64,000 bases of DNA from Geosiphon pyriformis uo1 (GCA_016748015.1 JAAOMT010000602.1:1315696-1379695); one strand, 5' to 3'. Shown: positions 24,256 to 38,895, counted from the stretch's first letter. The notes: generated by a model not told the origin, from the letters alone. Translations and numbers: made by a program.

Positions 24256-24856
24256 ATCTGGAAACAGTTAGACAGCTTGCCCTGATCGGTTTATTTGTAA
24301 TTCGTCTTAGTTAGGGTACGTAAAAAGAGATATACTTGAATTGAGAGGAAAGGTCAAGAGATTGTGTTTGCGTGACCTTCCTTGAAAAGTTGAATGTTTT
24401 TGTGAAATCAATGAAGGTTGAGATAAATGAAAGAAAACAAAAATGGCAAAAAGCAAAAATCCAGAATTTTTTATTCGAAGTGGTCATTTTATATTTTAAT
24501 CAATTAATTAGTACATTTAAAAGTCTGTTTATGAAAGGAGAATTTTTTTAATTGAACAAGGTTTAAGGGGCTTTCCTGCAATTGAGAATGGTTCGATAGT
24601 AATAAGATTCGCAGCGAAAAATAGGTGAGAAAGAATCTTGAAGTCTATCACGCTATATGATCATCACGATTTATATATATTGACCAAGTCTATGCAGAGG
24701 AGATCACCTAAGGTGATTTTTCAAACCCCAAATAGCATTCCCATCCCATAAAAGGTCGACAGCGATATGACATATATTTTTCCTCTTTTCTTTAAAAATG
24801 GACGAGAATTGACAAAGCACTCGCATAAAAAATAAAAACAAGCATTTCTTTTATTT

Positions 24857-24900
<44 letters not shown>

Positions 24901-24961
24901 TTACTACTACTACTACTACTACTACTACTATTACTACTACTACTACTACTACTACTACTAT

Positions 24962-24999
<38 letters not shown>

Positions 25000-25000
25000 T

Positions 25001-25032
<32 letters not shown>

Positions 25033-25033
25033 T

Positions 25034-25071
<38 letters not shown>

Positions 25072-25079
25072 TTACTACT
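24857..25079. repeat. (TAC)n microsatellite with recurrent TAT interruptions
   Basis: About 220 nt of trinucleotide repeat seen directly. Confidence 0.97.
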
Positions 25080-28000
25080 TATTTTACTTACTGCAACGAA
25101 ATGGTTTAGTTGGAAATCCTCGGGTATGTCCAAATTAACAATGCAGTATTTCTCATATTGATCATTGAAAGGATAAAAGTAATACGCCAAAGTCCAAAAA
25201 AAAAAAATTCCAAAAACAAAGTTATGTTATTTTAACAAAAGCGTTAGATTTTTGATTGACTGATGTAAACTGTTTTTATTGGTTTAATAAAAATTATTTC
25301 ATTTGACCTTTTTTTTTGAAATCCTTGTAAATTAATTTCGATATCTTCTTTGTACTTTTAATAATTTTTAACTGAATAATTTAGCCAATCAATAAATTTG
25401 ATAGTAATTTTTAACAGTGAAAGGTTCAAAGTTTAGTAATGAAAATGGATGTCGCGTTTCATTGTACTGCAGTGTCATTTTTTAAGAAACTTGACCTAAA
25501 ATGATTAAGTGACTGCTGCATAGCAACTTTCTAGATTTTAAGTTTAGGCTGAAACTAAATCAAAGATATCGAGGGGTTTGCTTTGTTATTATCTGATAAA
25601 GTAATAATTTCAAAATGGTCAGTTATAAATCATCAAAAATATATAATTTTTCTTATTTAAGAATTAATCATAAAAAGATTGTTTTTTGATCATTATTATG
25701 AAATAAATTTCAAATTAATTTTTAGAAGATGTTATTTTGTAGCCTAGTCTAAAAAAATATTCGGCCCTTAAGTCTTTTGGCTATTAAAAGGGCCAGATCT
25801 TACATATTACATAGAAAAGAAGTTAAAAAAAACAAGCCCATTCAAAAAAGTTTACAGAAAAGGCTTTTTGAAAATGAAACACATGAAATTCTACTTTTAA
25901 ACCTATTTTTGTATTTTACAAGTTGATATTGTAAATAATAAAAGATTTTTATCACTTCAAGGAAATTATTTATGATTGTAAATTTAAGAGTAGAAAAATT
26001 TCAACAATTAGATAAAAGTTTTTACTTCTTCTTTAGTTCACCCCAGAGTTTTTTAAAAATTGAAAAAGCCAGTTTTTTCCGCTTTTACCAAGCTCAGGTT
26101 CAATCAATAGGTAGATATTATTGAATACTCTCATCTGTGAAACATTGAAACGTCTTTATTTGTTTGCATGATTTTTTTCTTTTTAAGTACCCTAATAATT
26201 GAACCAAAAAGTTTATTTGGTTCAAAAGTTTCGTATTCTTTATTAATTAAAGGTCTCATGCACATATATATTTGTGATTCAGGGACATTATTCCTGGTTT
26301 TCTACCACTTTTACTGTAAGAAAATATATATATTTCCTGGAAAAATAATAATAGTTGGCAAATCTTGCCAAATTAAATCAAATTAATTGCCCGGTAAAAT
26401 ATGGCACAAATCCTGTTTCTTACATTGTATGTTAAAACTACTTCCCAGGTCCCAAAAACGACTCATTATGAAGATTTTATTCAATAAATTATTTTTGTTT
26501 CTTGTCTAAATTAGATCTATAGCACGTTATCGATTTAATTCGAAGCAATTTCTTCTTGAAATGTTTTAAGTGTGATAATATTGATAACAAAAGTAAAAAT
26601 TGTTAATATTTTCTTAATGAAATTGATTATTGTACTATGCTGTAATGCTTTCCAATAAATTTATGTAATTTCATTTCATTTCGTTTTAGGCACTCCCTTT
26701 TTTTGGTACATATTTGTTATGAACTATTTTGAAAGATTTTTTATGTTTGAAGTTTGCGTAAAGTAGAATGTGACATGAAATAAGAAAACTTAAAGTAAGT
26801 ACCAAAATTTTTTATTCACACTCATTGGCCCGAATAATATTTCCTTAAATAAATTTTTTTAACATTAATTTTAATATATAATATATATCCCCTTTTTGAA
26901 AAGAAAATTTTAGAATAATATACTTGTGTTTATTTTGATTTTAACCATGTGGATTGGATTCTCACCCAACTAAATCATGAAAGAGTCCAAAGTTATTTAA
27001 AAACCAGTCAATATTAAAGTAATTTTTTTCAAATAAGTACTTCCGAACAAAAGTTTAACATAATTTTGATCAAAAATTTTGTAAATTTCATAATAAAAAT
27101 ATGCGACGAATAGTATATATACTTTGTCTCCAAAGTTTTTGTTTATTTTGAACTTTTTTATTTAAAGTTAAGAATTTTGTACGATTTTCCAACTAGTAAA
27201 AATTTTCAAACTTGATTCCAAGATTAAAAAAAATTAGCAAAACATTTCATAGATTTTGAAACATTGCATTAGGATAGAATTTTATTTATCTATTGTTTCA
27301 GAAAGTTAATTATTTCAACCAGAAAAAATATTTTTTAACACTAGATTCTTCAAAAATAGAGTTTTCGATTATCATTTTTGATTAGTTTTAACATAAGCCA
27401 TTAAAGTGTAAAGATATAGTGTATTTTCACCAAAAAAATTAGCAAAAATTTTATACATTGAACAATCGATATTTACTAAAAGAATAGATGGTGTATTCTT
27501 TTTCGAATAAAGAAATTTTAATTTATCAAGTCTAAATATAACGTTTTGGTTTTATATTTTATTATCTCCCTTTTTCAGATTAAACTATTTGACATTTTTG
27601 GATTTTCATTGAGAAAATTGAGTTAAACTTTTTGTTAATTCTTTTGTTTTACTTAATCTTGAATAAATTTCCAAAAAAAAAATAAGTTCATAAAGTTGAA
27701 ATATGGAGACAAAAGATTATATAATCAAGCAAAGATGATTCATAATGATATATTACATTTATCGGTTATTTCTTTGCAAAAGTTTTTCCAGACTTTAAAA
27801 CCCTATCTATCAGCAAAATGGGATATTCGAAGTTTACATTATATTATAAATAATAAATTTATCTTTAAAAAAATTGGTTTTTGGGATAGATTTCATTGGA
27901 TAATAACAATAAAGTATTCAAATCAGGTCGATAAATTTGTTGACTCACAGTCTTGGGTACAAACCAAAATCAATCATATATTCTTGATATTCTATATTTC

Positions 28001-29001
28001 TCTCCATTTGAAAAAGGAAACTCATTGAAAAAATATTTAGAGTCAACAAAATAATTGGATGACAATCTCTTCTATTTATTCAAACTATATCAGGATTATT
28101 ATGTTGTCTTTAAAATTTTCATTCAAATGAGTCACAACACGTTATAAAATTCCCTTTTCCTGATTGTTTATCTACAGAACAGGTTCTCAAACAGGCTTTT
28201 AATAATTGATCCTGAAGCTTCGGAGCAACTGCATCATTGTTTCTTTTTACTTGTGTCATCTTATCTATACCAAAACGGGCCTGAATACAGGTCAAATGCT
28301 GATCACCTGAAATAGTTCTCATTCAAGAATAGATTTTTGGGGGTCATTTTTATTTAAAGGTTTGGTTAGATCGATTAACTGAACAAAATGGAAAAGCAAA
28401 TTTTAAAACCTTTGAGCCCTATTAAAATATTAACCTTGAACAAAAAACTTTAATCCTAAAAATAATTTAGATTATTGTTGCTTAGGAATGAATCAAATTT
28501 TAGTTACTAGGATATTTTAACGAAAAAAGAATACTTTTTCACGCATAGTATTTTTTTAATGATTTACAATTTTTTGAAAAAAATAAATTAAGAATTAATC
28601 ATCCCCATCTATAATAATTAAAATGGCTTCGGATATAAAAGCTTTAAAACTAGTCTAATACTTTAGGATCGTAATAATTTTTTAATATATAAATCAGAGT
28701 CATATAAAAATTAATTACGTGGCAAAAAATATGAAAGGGATAAGAATTAGAAAGAACCAGACGGTCTATTTCAAGTTTCACAATAAATTTTCAAAGTGGG
28801 AAAACGTGACACAAGTAAAACTACTTGTAATAGAGGGATTTCTAGAATATATATATGTATAATTTTTTTTTAAAATACTCATTTTTACCTCCACAGTATT
28901 GTGAATGCTTACGAAACTTTTAAAGTTATTAGTACACCAATTGTTTTTTTTTTTTGAGGACAAGAGGTTTCTTTGATTAACTTAACTAATTAAATTATCT
29001 G

Positions 29002-29004
<3 letters not shown>

Positions 29005-29097
<93 letters not shown>
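29005..29097. repeat. poly(T) tract, about 93 nt
   Basis: Homopolymer run seen directly. Confidence 0.95.
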
Positions 29098-29727
29098 CAA
29101 GGAATTACACAAAGGCTTTGCAAAAAGCCGTTTCCCTTTAAAGACAAGCAATCGAAGCTCAGCCTCGAGGTTTTTGCATGTTTCGTGAGAATTTTTTCAT
29201 ACAAACATAAACTCTTTGTTTGAAAAAAATCTCCAATCGCAAGAAAAGCTAGTAGCTTTAGCAATAAGGTAATCTGATCGATTTCTGGATATCCTTTGTC
29301 AACTATTAATTTAAATTTTCTAGCAATAATACAGCAAGATATTTTGCATAACTTGCTGTATCACAGTTTCACATTAAAATCGAAGAGGTTTTGATCATTC
29401 TTTTTAATTTATCTTAAAAATTGGTCACAAACACAATGTGCACGTAAATAAAATAAATATTTGTGTGATGTTTTCTAATTGGAATCTCATCATATATAAA
29501 ATGCAAAATTAGAGTTTAAAGGGATAATCTTGATTTGTACCCATCGTAAAATGGTACATAAAGAAAAAAAAATTTAATTCACCCTGATGCGTGTCAATGT
29601 AAGTTTTTTTTTGATACTATGATAATAATTAATCAATGCACTAATGAGGCGTTTTAAACTTTTATCAGGTTTTTCGAAACCACAGTTTAGGGTTTGGTAT
29701 GTTTAAATTCTAATGAAAGTGAAACAA

Positions 29728-29761
<34 letters not shown>

Positions 29762-31086
29762 TTATCAAGTTTCTGTCATGCAAAATCGGAAAAAGTCATT
29801 GAAGTTACGCAGGTTTGCACGCAATTTTCATTTTCATCGCGTACAACAAAGTTGTACCTATGTTTATAAAAGATCTAATGGGAATTTTAATTGGTGAATA
29901 TATTTGAAGCCCCATTCTTTTGAAGCTTTCAAAAGAAGCAATTAGAATAAGAAAAGAGTTAGCTTTAATCAAAGACATGTGACATATATTTATGGACTCT
30001 TTACTACTGAATCACGTCATATTTTAATAAAGTTAAACGTACAAATTTACTACTAATTTCATTCACATGAAGCAGATCTTGAACTTTGCAGATTTTAGAC
30101 TTGTCGAACAATATTTAACTGATTAAGAATATTTCTCAGCATGATGAATCCTTCGCTTCTCTCAAAAATTCTTTTTGACTTAAAAGAAACATAATTCGAA
30201 TATTTTTCTAAAAAAATTGTGAGCTTATTCCCTTTTCTTTTTTTAGGTCAGAGAAGGGTTAATTTATACCAGCTTTTCTAAAAAAAAAATTTCAGAATAA
30301 TAAAATTAAAGCTATATTATTTTAAGAAAGTAACTTTCTCTTGTTTTTTTTTTTTATTTCTGCTTCTTTTAAATATTTTCTTATGTCACCTGTTTTCTAT
30401 TAAGTGGATGTATTTCAAATCAGTAATGTATCAATCTTATTAACAAATAATCTCGACATATTTTTTTGACATATAAACATTACCTGATAACTTATATAAT
30501 AACAAACTATGAATGACAAAATGAATGATTATATTTCCCACCTCTACTATATAATATCAAAATATTTAGCCATTTCAATCTTTATTGATGTTATCCAGCT
30601 TCAAGTATTGTTAGATTGTAAATGTTTTATCAAGCTATAAAAATCAAATATTGCGACAAAACTTCTCACTCTCTATAAAATTAAATTAGCATTTCTTCTA
30701 ACCTTTTTTTTTTGCCGAAATATTAAAAAATTGAGGCTTAGTAAGAAGAAAAATTTTAATAGTGAGTATCCTACGCCAATATCATGATTAAATCATTTGG
30801 CAACATATTTTCCTAAATCAAACTTGTGACAAAATCATTTTACGTATCATTTTGCCAGGTCTAAAATAAACTATAAACATCATAGATTAAAAAAGTTTCC
30901 TAAAACAGGTTAAAAAGGACAAGAAAAACTACTTCTATAATGCTTTTTAAAAATTAAAGAATGATTTTTTTTTGCCATTTTACGTTTCCTTAATTGTTTT
31001 TAAAGCTAAAAAATCTACTAAATTGCCGATTATAGAGTTAGTTACCACTTCATTGCTTTTATCTTGCGTAGCTAGTTATCTGAGTA

Positions 31087-32572
31087 ATGGGAACAATAAT
31101 AGAAACGTTCCATGGTGAGAAATGGTGGACCAAAACTTTCTTATAAATTCTACTATTTTTCCTCTCTCACTTATTATCTATTTTTGAAATGTATAATTAG
31201 GAAAAATTCCAAACACCAATGCGGCTGCAATAATTTTCGGTTAGTTATTAGAGAAAATTAAATTTTGAATCATAATTAACGTCCAAGAATATATTTTAAT
31301 TATACAGAAGCCTGTCGACTTGGAGTTCTTGACAGAACTCATCGACGTCTTTTAGAAGAGGAGAAGAGATCAATTCGAGGCGGTGAAGTGTTAGTAATTC
31401 TCTTCAAAAATTTTGTTCGATTTAGCATAGAAATTAAATTCATTCTTCTTTAGTTTTGTGTTCGCCGAAAATCTTTCAGGAATTAAGCGATGGACTGATG
31501 GCAAGTAGGTGTATACTAAATGTATTAAAGTCGTTCATTACTGATCCAGAAAGTTTGATCTACATTCTCAATTCATTCAGAAATTGGTCACCGAGCCGCG
31601 TTGTTGGAGATTTTTTAGTTTATTTTGAATTGGATACAAGAATACACAACGTCAAGCGGACTCAAGAATTGCAGCCTACTTTGCTGGCACGTATAGAGAA
31701 AGAGGATTTGAAAGTCCAAATAGGAAATAAAGGAACTTTTATATATCGCAAGAATGGACTTATTAAGAAAACGATATCTTTAAATAGTGAAAACGATGTG
31801 GAGCACATGATAATTTACGAGAGCCCTTTAGGTAACGTTTTTCTTATCTCATAAACCAAATTTTAGAGTGTCATCTTATTGAAAGATATTTTTAGACACT
31901 GGGGAAAAGCTTTTTTCGCCAAAAGCCTATGTTGAATTATCTATGATTCAAGCAAGTGATCAAGTAATGCGAGGTTTATACAAACCAAGTAATAATACTC
32001 GAGGGCAAAGTGGACCACGGCATAACCATTCCCTAGTGAGTAACTATGGTTCAGACGATGCAAATTCATCGGAAGAAGAACACCCATCTACATCTTGGTA
32101 TCCGAATTCGGGAAAAATTGAAAAAAATATCGCTGAAGGGCAATTGATTAGCTGTGGGGGACATGAGATATCTACCGAAAAGGGAAAACCAGATTCTCAA
32201 CGTCCTAAAACCTGTTCATCTCCGATAGTCTCGGATTCGTCTCAACCTCCTCAAAATTATTTAAATCTTGCCCCGATGAATTTTACTCAATCTATCCAGT
32301 GTATGAAATCTTCACCAAAGTCCAATATTATCCAAACTCCTGAATCGAGTCGCACGCAGGTGACCTATGGATCTGATTACAATCCCTATGTAACTTCAAT
32401 GGGTCAGAAAAATTGGACAAACACCATAAATACCTCGTTCACGGAAAATTCCAAGGAATCACCTCATTATATTCCAGGTACGCCTAATCAAAGAATTTTT
32501 GAGGGAGAGAAAGTGAATTCTTGTAATGTGACATCAATTATTGAGGAACTTGGTTCAATTTCGCAAATTTAA
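31087..32572 (+). CDS. Gti1/Pac2 (WOPR) family transcription factor; may extend to 32836
   Basis: Exons 31087-31114, 31201-31239, 31308-31389, 31454-31504, 31581-31831 and 31896 onward. They give ETFHG, IIFEACRLG, RRLLEEEKRSIRGGEVFVF, SGIKRWTDGKNWSPSR..GDFLVY and GLIKKTISL. Confidence 0.92.
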
Positions 32573-35041
32573 GGGTTTTATAAAACCCAGAATATGCTCG
32601 AAACATCAAATAGACCTCAGCCCACTCTAGATGGTTGTTTTCCCCGAATACTTCCCAGGCCGCGACCACAACATGCATCCGCTATCGAGGCTAGATGGCT
32701 TGGGAATACATCTGTAACTCAGTCGGTCTTGCATATGCCCGATGATTGTGAAATATATGAACGTCAACAGAATGTCACCCCAGGTAGCGCGGTGAACCCA
32801 AATTTTTTTGGGATATTGGATTATGGACGTTTTTGAATTAGGACTATGGCAGTACTAATTACTGAACTTACTACCAATTACCAGATTAGAATGGTTTTAT
32901 AAAAATTTTAATTCATTATATAGAGTATTTTAAATGAAAAAATATGTAAAAATTTTATCTGATATCTTGAATTGAGAAGTTTTTTAAACATCAAGTTTTA
33001 TTTAAACTATATATAAACTTTAGATATAAAAATGAGATTCCAAAAATACTTGAGGTTTTTTTTCAAAAACGCAGTAAAAAATTTGAACGGGTAATGAAAT
33101 CGATACATTAAAAGCGAAGAATAACAAAATATTACTCAGCCTCAAATTTCAATTCTCTTACTTAAATATCTAAGACCTTTTTTTTAAAGCAAACCGTCAT
33201 AGTGTTATGGAAAATTCCAGACAAAATCACGCTTTTTGTGTAATTTGATTACAATGGTGATGTGACAGTTTATATCCAACACATGTAAGATTTATCAAAG
33301 TAAAACATTATATATAGTCATTTCTCACTTTTCTTTTTGTTACTTGATTTTATAAAAAGTAATATTATTCCATACTTTTTTAACATTATCTATATAAAAA
33401 TTAAAAAGACAAATAATGTTTTTGTTGAAATATTGTAACATTGGATCATTTTAAGCATGTGTGTTCTCATTAAGGATCTCGAATGGAAAGTGATTTTATT
33501 TTTTTTTACAGATGTGCATAACATGTTTGAAGATAATAACCAATAGTAAAAAATATATGTAAAAGATCAAAATCACTCAGTTCAAATCATTAACAAGAAA
33601 GGTTTCAAATTACAAATAACTTGTTACAGTATTTTTTAAAACAAGAAATTATAAAGTTTTTATTATTTCTTAAGAATAAATATATGTAGAAAAACATAGA
33701 ATACAAATTATTGTTTGTAGTTAAATATTGGGTATTTAACAATAAAAAAATAAAAATTTTCTGAATCTTTTTTAAATACATTTCAAAAAAAAAGAAAAAT
33801 AATTGTTTAATGTGTAATTAATATTTTTGACAGTTTTGAAAAATTTTATTAATAATTAGATTAACAAGTAAAAATAAAATTATTAAAATATAAAAACATT
33901 AAACGTTCATAAATAAATAAAAATAATATAATATAAAATAAAAATTCAGTTATAACAATATTATTGCTAAAGTTTTAAATTTAAGAAATTATTAAATAAA
34001 AACCATAGTGTTTTTATTAAAAATATCATAAACAATATACGCATAATTACATTTTTAATTTCGTTTATATTTAATTTACAAAGCATGTAGGCAGTTATAA
34101 TATTAAGTAATTATTTTTACGAAAAAAATATACAAGCAAAAGTTATGAATTTTTGTGAATATTTTTATTATATTTTAAATGAAATTCAAAATAATTACTA
34201 TTTTTAATGCATAATAATGCTCATAATATTTTTATTGTTATTTTACTTAAAAACAAGTACATATGAAAGTCTAGCTTTTTAAAAATTTGATTTATTATAA
34301 AATTTCATAATTTTCAAAATGGGTTAATTTATAATATTCATTATATAAATATTAAATTTCAGTTTATATTGTTCAAAATATAATTTTCTTTACCTGTTTG
34401 TACTAATTAATACTTTTAATTAGAAATGAAGATAATAAGTTAGATAAAAATTATTAAAATTTGATTTTTCTTTTTATTATTATTTTAAACTTCTTTTTTA
34501 TAAATTAACCTGATTCAGTTATTAACTCGATCATAAACCTAATTATTGGTTTTCTTCAGTGAATAAATTTAAAGTTGTTTTGAAAACATAAAGAAAAAAT
34601 CAAATAAATTAGTTAGAAAGACATAATTTTAGATTTATTGAAATAAACTTATTTTGCTATTAAATTATTCCAATATTTGCTTGTTGTAACATGGACTATT
34701 AATTGGTTTATTTAAAATTTGATTCAAACGAAGCCATTTTATGACTTTAAGCTTGATCCTCCAAGACTGGTTTTTTTGCTTACCTTTATTATTTTATCGT
34801 AGTTTGCTCCCAAAATCTGTCCACTTAATGCTTGAATCTGGTATAATCATTTGCCTAATATATCTGCTTTTTGGTGATATAATCATTTATCTATCTACTT
34901 TTGATGGATGCGTAAATTTCCAAAATGGGGTACTAATTTTAAGAGGATACACAACTTTTAGAATGTTTCGTTTCCGCAAATATTTATTTAATCAATAATT
35001 ACAAAACCCATATATATGCGGATAACTTCTAAATCAAAACT

Positions 35042-36405
35042 ATGCTACTCAATATTTCAATAATGCATTTTGAAAATATTTTCCAAAAACGATACGTCAT
35101 TTTTTTTAATGTCTTTTGGTGTGCTATATTATCATTAAAAAATATTTTTTTTTCTCCAAATAAATTTGCAACTGATATTTCCACTTTTATTGTCGATAAT
35201 AATTCAAATCAATTTAAGACACAAATTTATAATTTTTCCAAAAGGGCTACACTAATACCTAATGTTTATCGGGTAACTAATTTATATAATTTACAATTTT
35301 TAGCTGAAATGGCTTACTACGCTCATCAGACTTATTGTTTACTTGAGGATACGGGTTTCGTGGAAGACGATATCTATGGTACATATGATTCTATTTAGCT
35401 TGCAGCCATTTTAAATTACTTTTTTTTGAAACTGAAATTTGTTGAAATTGAATTTAGTATGGGTAAGTCCAGCTTCAAAAAAAATTACCTTGAGAAGTGG
35501 TGTTAAACGTGTAATTTTAATACAAGTAAGAGGACGAGAATTAACCTATGATAGAATGATTGAATGGGATCAAACTCGGGATTTTAAGACTTTAAAAAGC
35601 GGGGGACTTAAATTTTGGGAAAATTTCAAAGTACCACTAGCATCCTATATAAGATATGAAAGAAAGTTGAAAAACAGAATATCAGATCTTCTTGAGAAAT
35701 ATGTGTCCAATAAATATTATAAAAATTACGGCTTCCTTTTTATAGGTCATGGTGAGGGTGGAGGTAGGGAAAGAGTTTTTGATATATTGATGCCTAATAT
35801 AAATTCACTAATATCGAAAATTTATTTAAAAGCTCTAGCAACTTATGCTGCATTGGACTTTTGGCAAAATATTCGTGGCAAAATTAAGTCATCCCAATTA
35901 GAAGTGATAACTTTTGGAGCCCCAAGGATTGGAGATGAAGGATTTGTCCGTTCAATTTCGAAAATTTTTAGAATCAATCGAGTAACTTATTCAAATGACT
36001 TTGTTCCATTATTTTTGAGTCATACATTTCGACACCCGAATACCGAATATTGGATAGGTGGTGAATTATGTGACTGCGATGTGTTAGCCAATCAACCTCA
36101 ACCGTATCCTGTTATTTATGATTGTTATATGTATTCAGGAACTGAAAATCCTGTAAGTATTGGTAAATTTTTTTTAAACTGGTTTAGATATGTTGAGTAA
36201 TTCAAATTATTACTTTTAAATTTTTTAGTTTTGTAACTTGGCTTTTCAAAAACCCGCATTAGAAGGGATGCTTGATCTCAGTTCTGAAATCTTTGGCTCC
36301 CATTTAGATGCACATAATGGACCTTATTTCGGGTATATAATGAAACAATGTCGTAGCAGATATGAAAAATATTTCTTTTTTTTTGATAATGATATTGATT
36401 TCTAA
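35042..36405 (+). CDS. Lipase class 3 family protein with the catalytic Ser replaced (GHGEGG)
   Basis: Exons 35042-35378, 35458-35763, 35833-36152 and 36229-36405. Motifs: AYYAHQTYC, QVRG, FIGHGEGGALA, ITFGAPRIGDEGF, RVTYSNDFVP, FRHPNTEYWI, AHNGPYFG. Hydrophobic N-terminal segment. Confidence 0.88.
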
Positions 36406-37524
36406 TCTCGAGACATTTACATGAGTTTATATTCAAAATAAAATATTATTATTTTTAGCTCTTGCATCTTAACCAAAAGAACTAAAAGCCTGACAATTAA
36501 CTTTGATAAATGTTATCGAACAAATTGCTTCCAGTTTATTTTTTTTCATTCTAGTGTTTATCAATTTCTCGCTAGAAATTGAAAAGTTGTTAATTTTTTT
36601 GAATTTATTGTATTGACTCTAGTTTAAAATGCATTCCAATCTATAATTCTTCTCGAGTTTTAAAACAAATTTAGAATTTATATGAACTTTATTTAAAATT
36701 AAGTTATTCAAATTTACCGGTAGATACTTGGCATTAAAATTATTTTATAAAAAACTTTAAATTTTTAGATACTTGATATATTTACTTCTTAACACAAGTA
36801 AGCATATAGTCTCAAAATTTTGGTTATTTTTTGTTGCAGAAGGGACATATAATATAAGGATGAACCACTTTGGAAATTTTAATATGAAGCTTAATAAGTT
36901 ACATGATTAATATAATGACTATAGATAATTTGTGGTTATTTTATAGTGTTTTCAAATAAACCATGTACGACAAAATTCCAAATTTTATAGGATGTCGAAA
37001 ATCATTAATTCAAAAAGAAAAAAAAAACTGTACACTAGAATTGAAAAAAAACATAATTCCCAATTTTATTTAAAGTTTTTTTTTTTTCACAGAAGATTAA
37101 AAAGTTTTAATTGAATGGAAAATTATCACCATAAATCATAATTTAATTGTTCTACGGTTTATTACTTTACATATTACTTTACATTTTAAACATAACTATT
37201 TCTTAATTAACTATAAGAAAATTTCTTATAAATTTAAATGCATAATTTTGTGAGGAATTCTCGAATATGGGAAAATAATTTTCGGGGTGCATAACATAAA
37301 GATTTTTAGGAGGATAAAAATTAATAAAATTTAAAGAAACAATTTTTTATAAGCTAGGATAGAACAGAAAAGAACAGAAAACGAATGACGACTATAAACT
37401 AATATAGAAAATAAACAAAGCGTAAACTTCCAGCAAAATAGAACAGAAACGTTGAAATGTGTGTATGTAAAATTTGAAATTATTAAAAAATTAATTCGAA
37501 AAGCGGAAGGAATTTATAAAAGAG

Positions 37525-38895
37525 TTAAACCCAAAATGAATCTAAAAGACCTTCACTTGTATCATTGTCTTCAAAATGAATATCGGGAAATAAACTATTT
37601 CTCAAATCAAAAGTTGTTTTATATGTCGGAAATGAAATGACATTAATATATTCAAGAGGAGTCGGAGTGATTGGAGTGATTGGAGATATTGGAGAAATTG
37701 GGATATGTGCAACTTTTTCAGATATTAAAAGTTCTTGAGATTCGAAGGGAAAACGAGTAGGCCTGTATTCGAAAATTTCAAGGGGATTTTTTGAAAACGA
37801 ATCAGATTCTTGATTTGACAAATCAAGGGGAATTTCCGATTGACCAATATGAACTAATGTAGAAGGTAGTGTAGAAATAAGAGGACCACTTCTATAATTT
37901 ACAGCAGCAAATTTAATCTCACTTTGATATGGGTCATTGAGAGAGAGATTATCTTCGCTAGAAAAATCGGATTCTTCTTCTTTTAAAACAAGGTTCAAAT
38001 TGTTTTGACTTTTTTGCCCAGTGAAAGGGATAAGACATTGAAACGGTTGATAATCTTTTGGAAAGGTTCTAGTTTCGCTTAATGACTTTTGATTTTTACA
38101 TAAAGTCTGGAAAGCATCCGGTTTTAAATCTTGGACAGAAGAATAAGTAATCTCGAATTGGGCATATGGCGAATTTGTCAGTGTTTGACCTAAATCACAA
38201 GAGGGTGTTGAAGAGGCTAAATGTTCTCGAGAAAAATTAGGATAAGGGTGGTTTGAAGATGGTGTAACTTGCTTTTCAGAATTGTTTGATGATGAAAATG
38301 CTCTGATAAAAGTATCACAAAAAGGTTCTAGCTGAGATTTTTTAGCCTTCTTTGGGCCCTTAATAAATTTATAATCGGGGAATTGACGTTGATGCTCCCA
38401 TTTTGCCTCTTTGTAAAGTTGTTTGAATGCATCCTTGACCTCTTTAGTACTCCTTCTCCAAGCTGTTTTAGCTAGCATTGAAACTTCTTGCGATTTGAAA
38501 TGATGGTTTTCGAGTGAGTCATGAAACCATGTTCTAAATAACATAAAACTATTTGGTAAACGAACAGGTCTATTGGTAGATTTAACTCGTTTATGAAAGA
38601 AACGATTAACGATTTCGCAAAGTGTTGGAATTAAGAAGTAAGTGTTTTCACTGTGAGACATTTCTAACATAACATAATTTCTTTCTCCAAAAGTTTTCAA
38701 ATAAGCTTGGATTACTTTGTTTTGAGACTTTCTTTTTTTAAATTCATTTTTGAAACTAGCCGCGAGATCATTTGAAGTAGCAGCAGCATCAGAAGCATCA
38801 ACATCAGCAGCATCAGCAGTAGCAGTGTTGTTGTTGTTGTTGTTGTTGTTGTATGGATTGGAAACTATGTGAGTATGAATTCTTTTTAATGACAT
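37525..38895 (-). CDS. MATA_HMG-box transcription factor, 456 aa
   Basis: RPVRLPNSFMLFR...SQEVSMLAKTAWRRSTKEVKDAFKQLYKEAKWEHQRQFPDYKF. Poly-Asn/Ala N-terminus and SP/TP-rich tail. Confidence 0.92.
   Translation of the reverse strand: MSLKRIHTHIVSNPYNNNNNNNNTATADAADVDASDAAATSNDLAASFKNEFKKRKSQNKVIQAYLKTFGERNYVMLEMSHSENTYFLIPTLCEIVNRFFHKRVKSTNRPVRLPNSFMLFRTWFHDSLENHHFKSQEVSMLAKTAWRRSTKEVKDAFKQLYKEAKWEHQRQFPDYKFIKGPKKAKKSQLEPFCDTFIRAFSSSNNSEKQVTPSSNHPYPNFSREHLASSTPSCDLGQTLTNSPYAQFEITYSSVQDLKPDAFQTLCKNQKSLSETRTFPKDYQPFQCLIPFTGQKSQNNLNLVLKEEESDFSSEDNLSLNDPYQSEIKFAAVNYRSGPLISTLPSTLVHIGQSEIPLDLSNQESDSFSKNPLEIFEYRPTRFPFESQELLISEKVAHIPISPISPITPITPTPLEYINVISFPTYKTTFDLRNSLFPDIHFEDNDTSEGLLDSFWV

Noticed and set aside
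24792-25190. Poly-Ser ORF
   Set aside because: Open only because of the (TAC)n microsatellite, and it lacks an ATG start.
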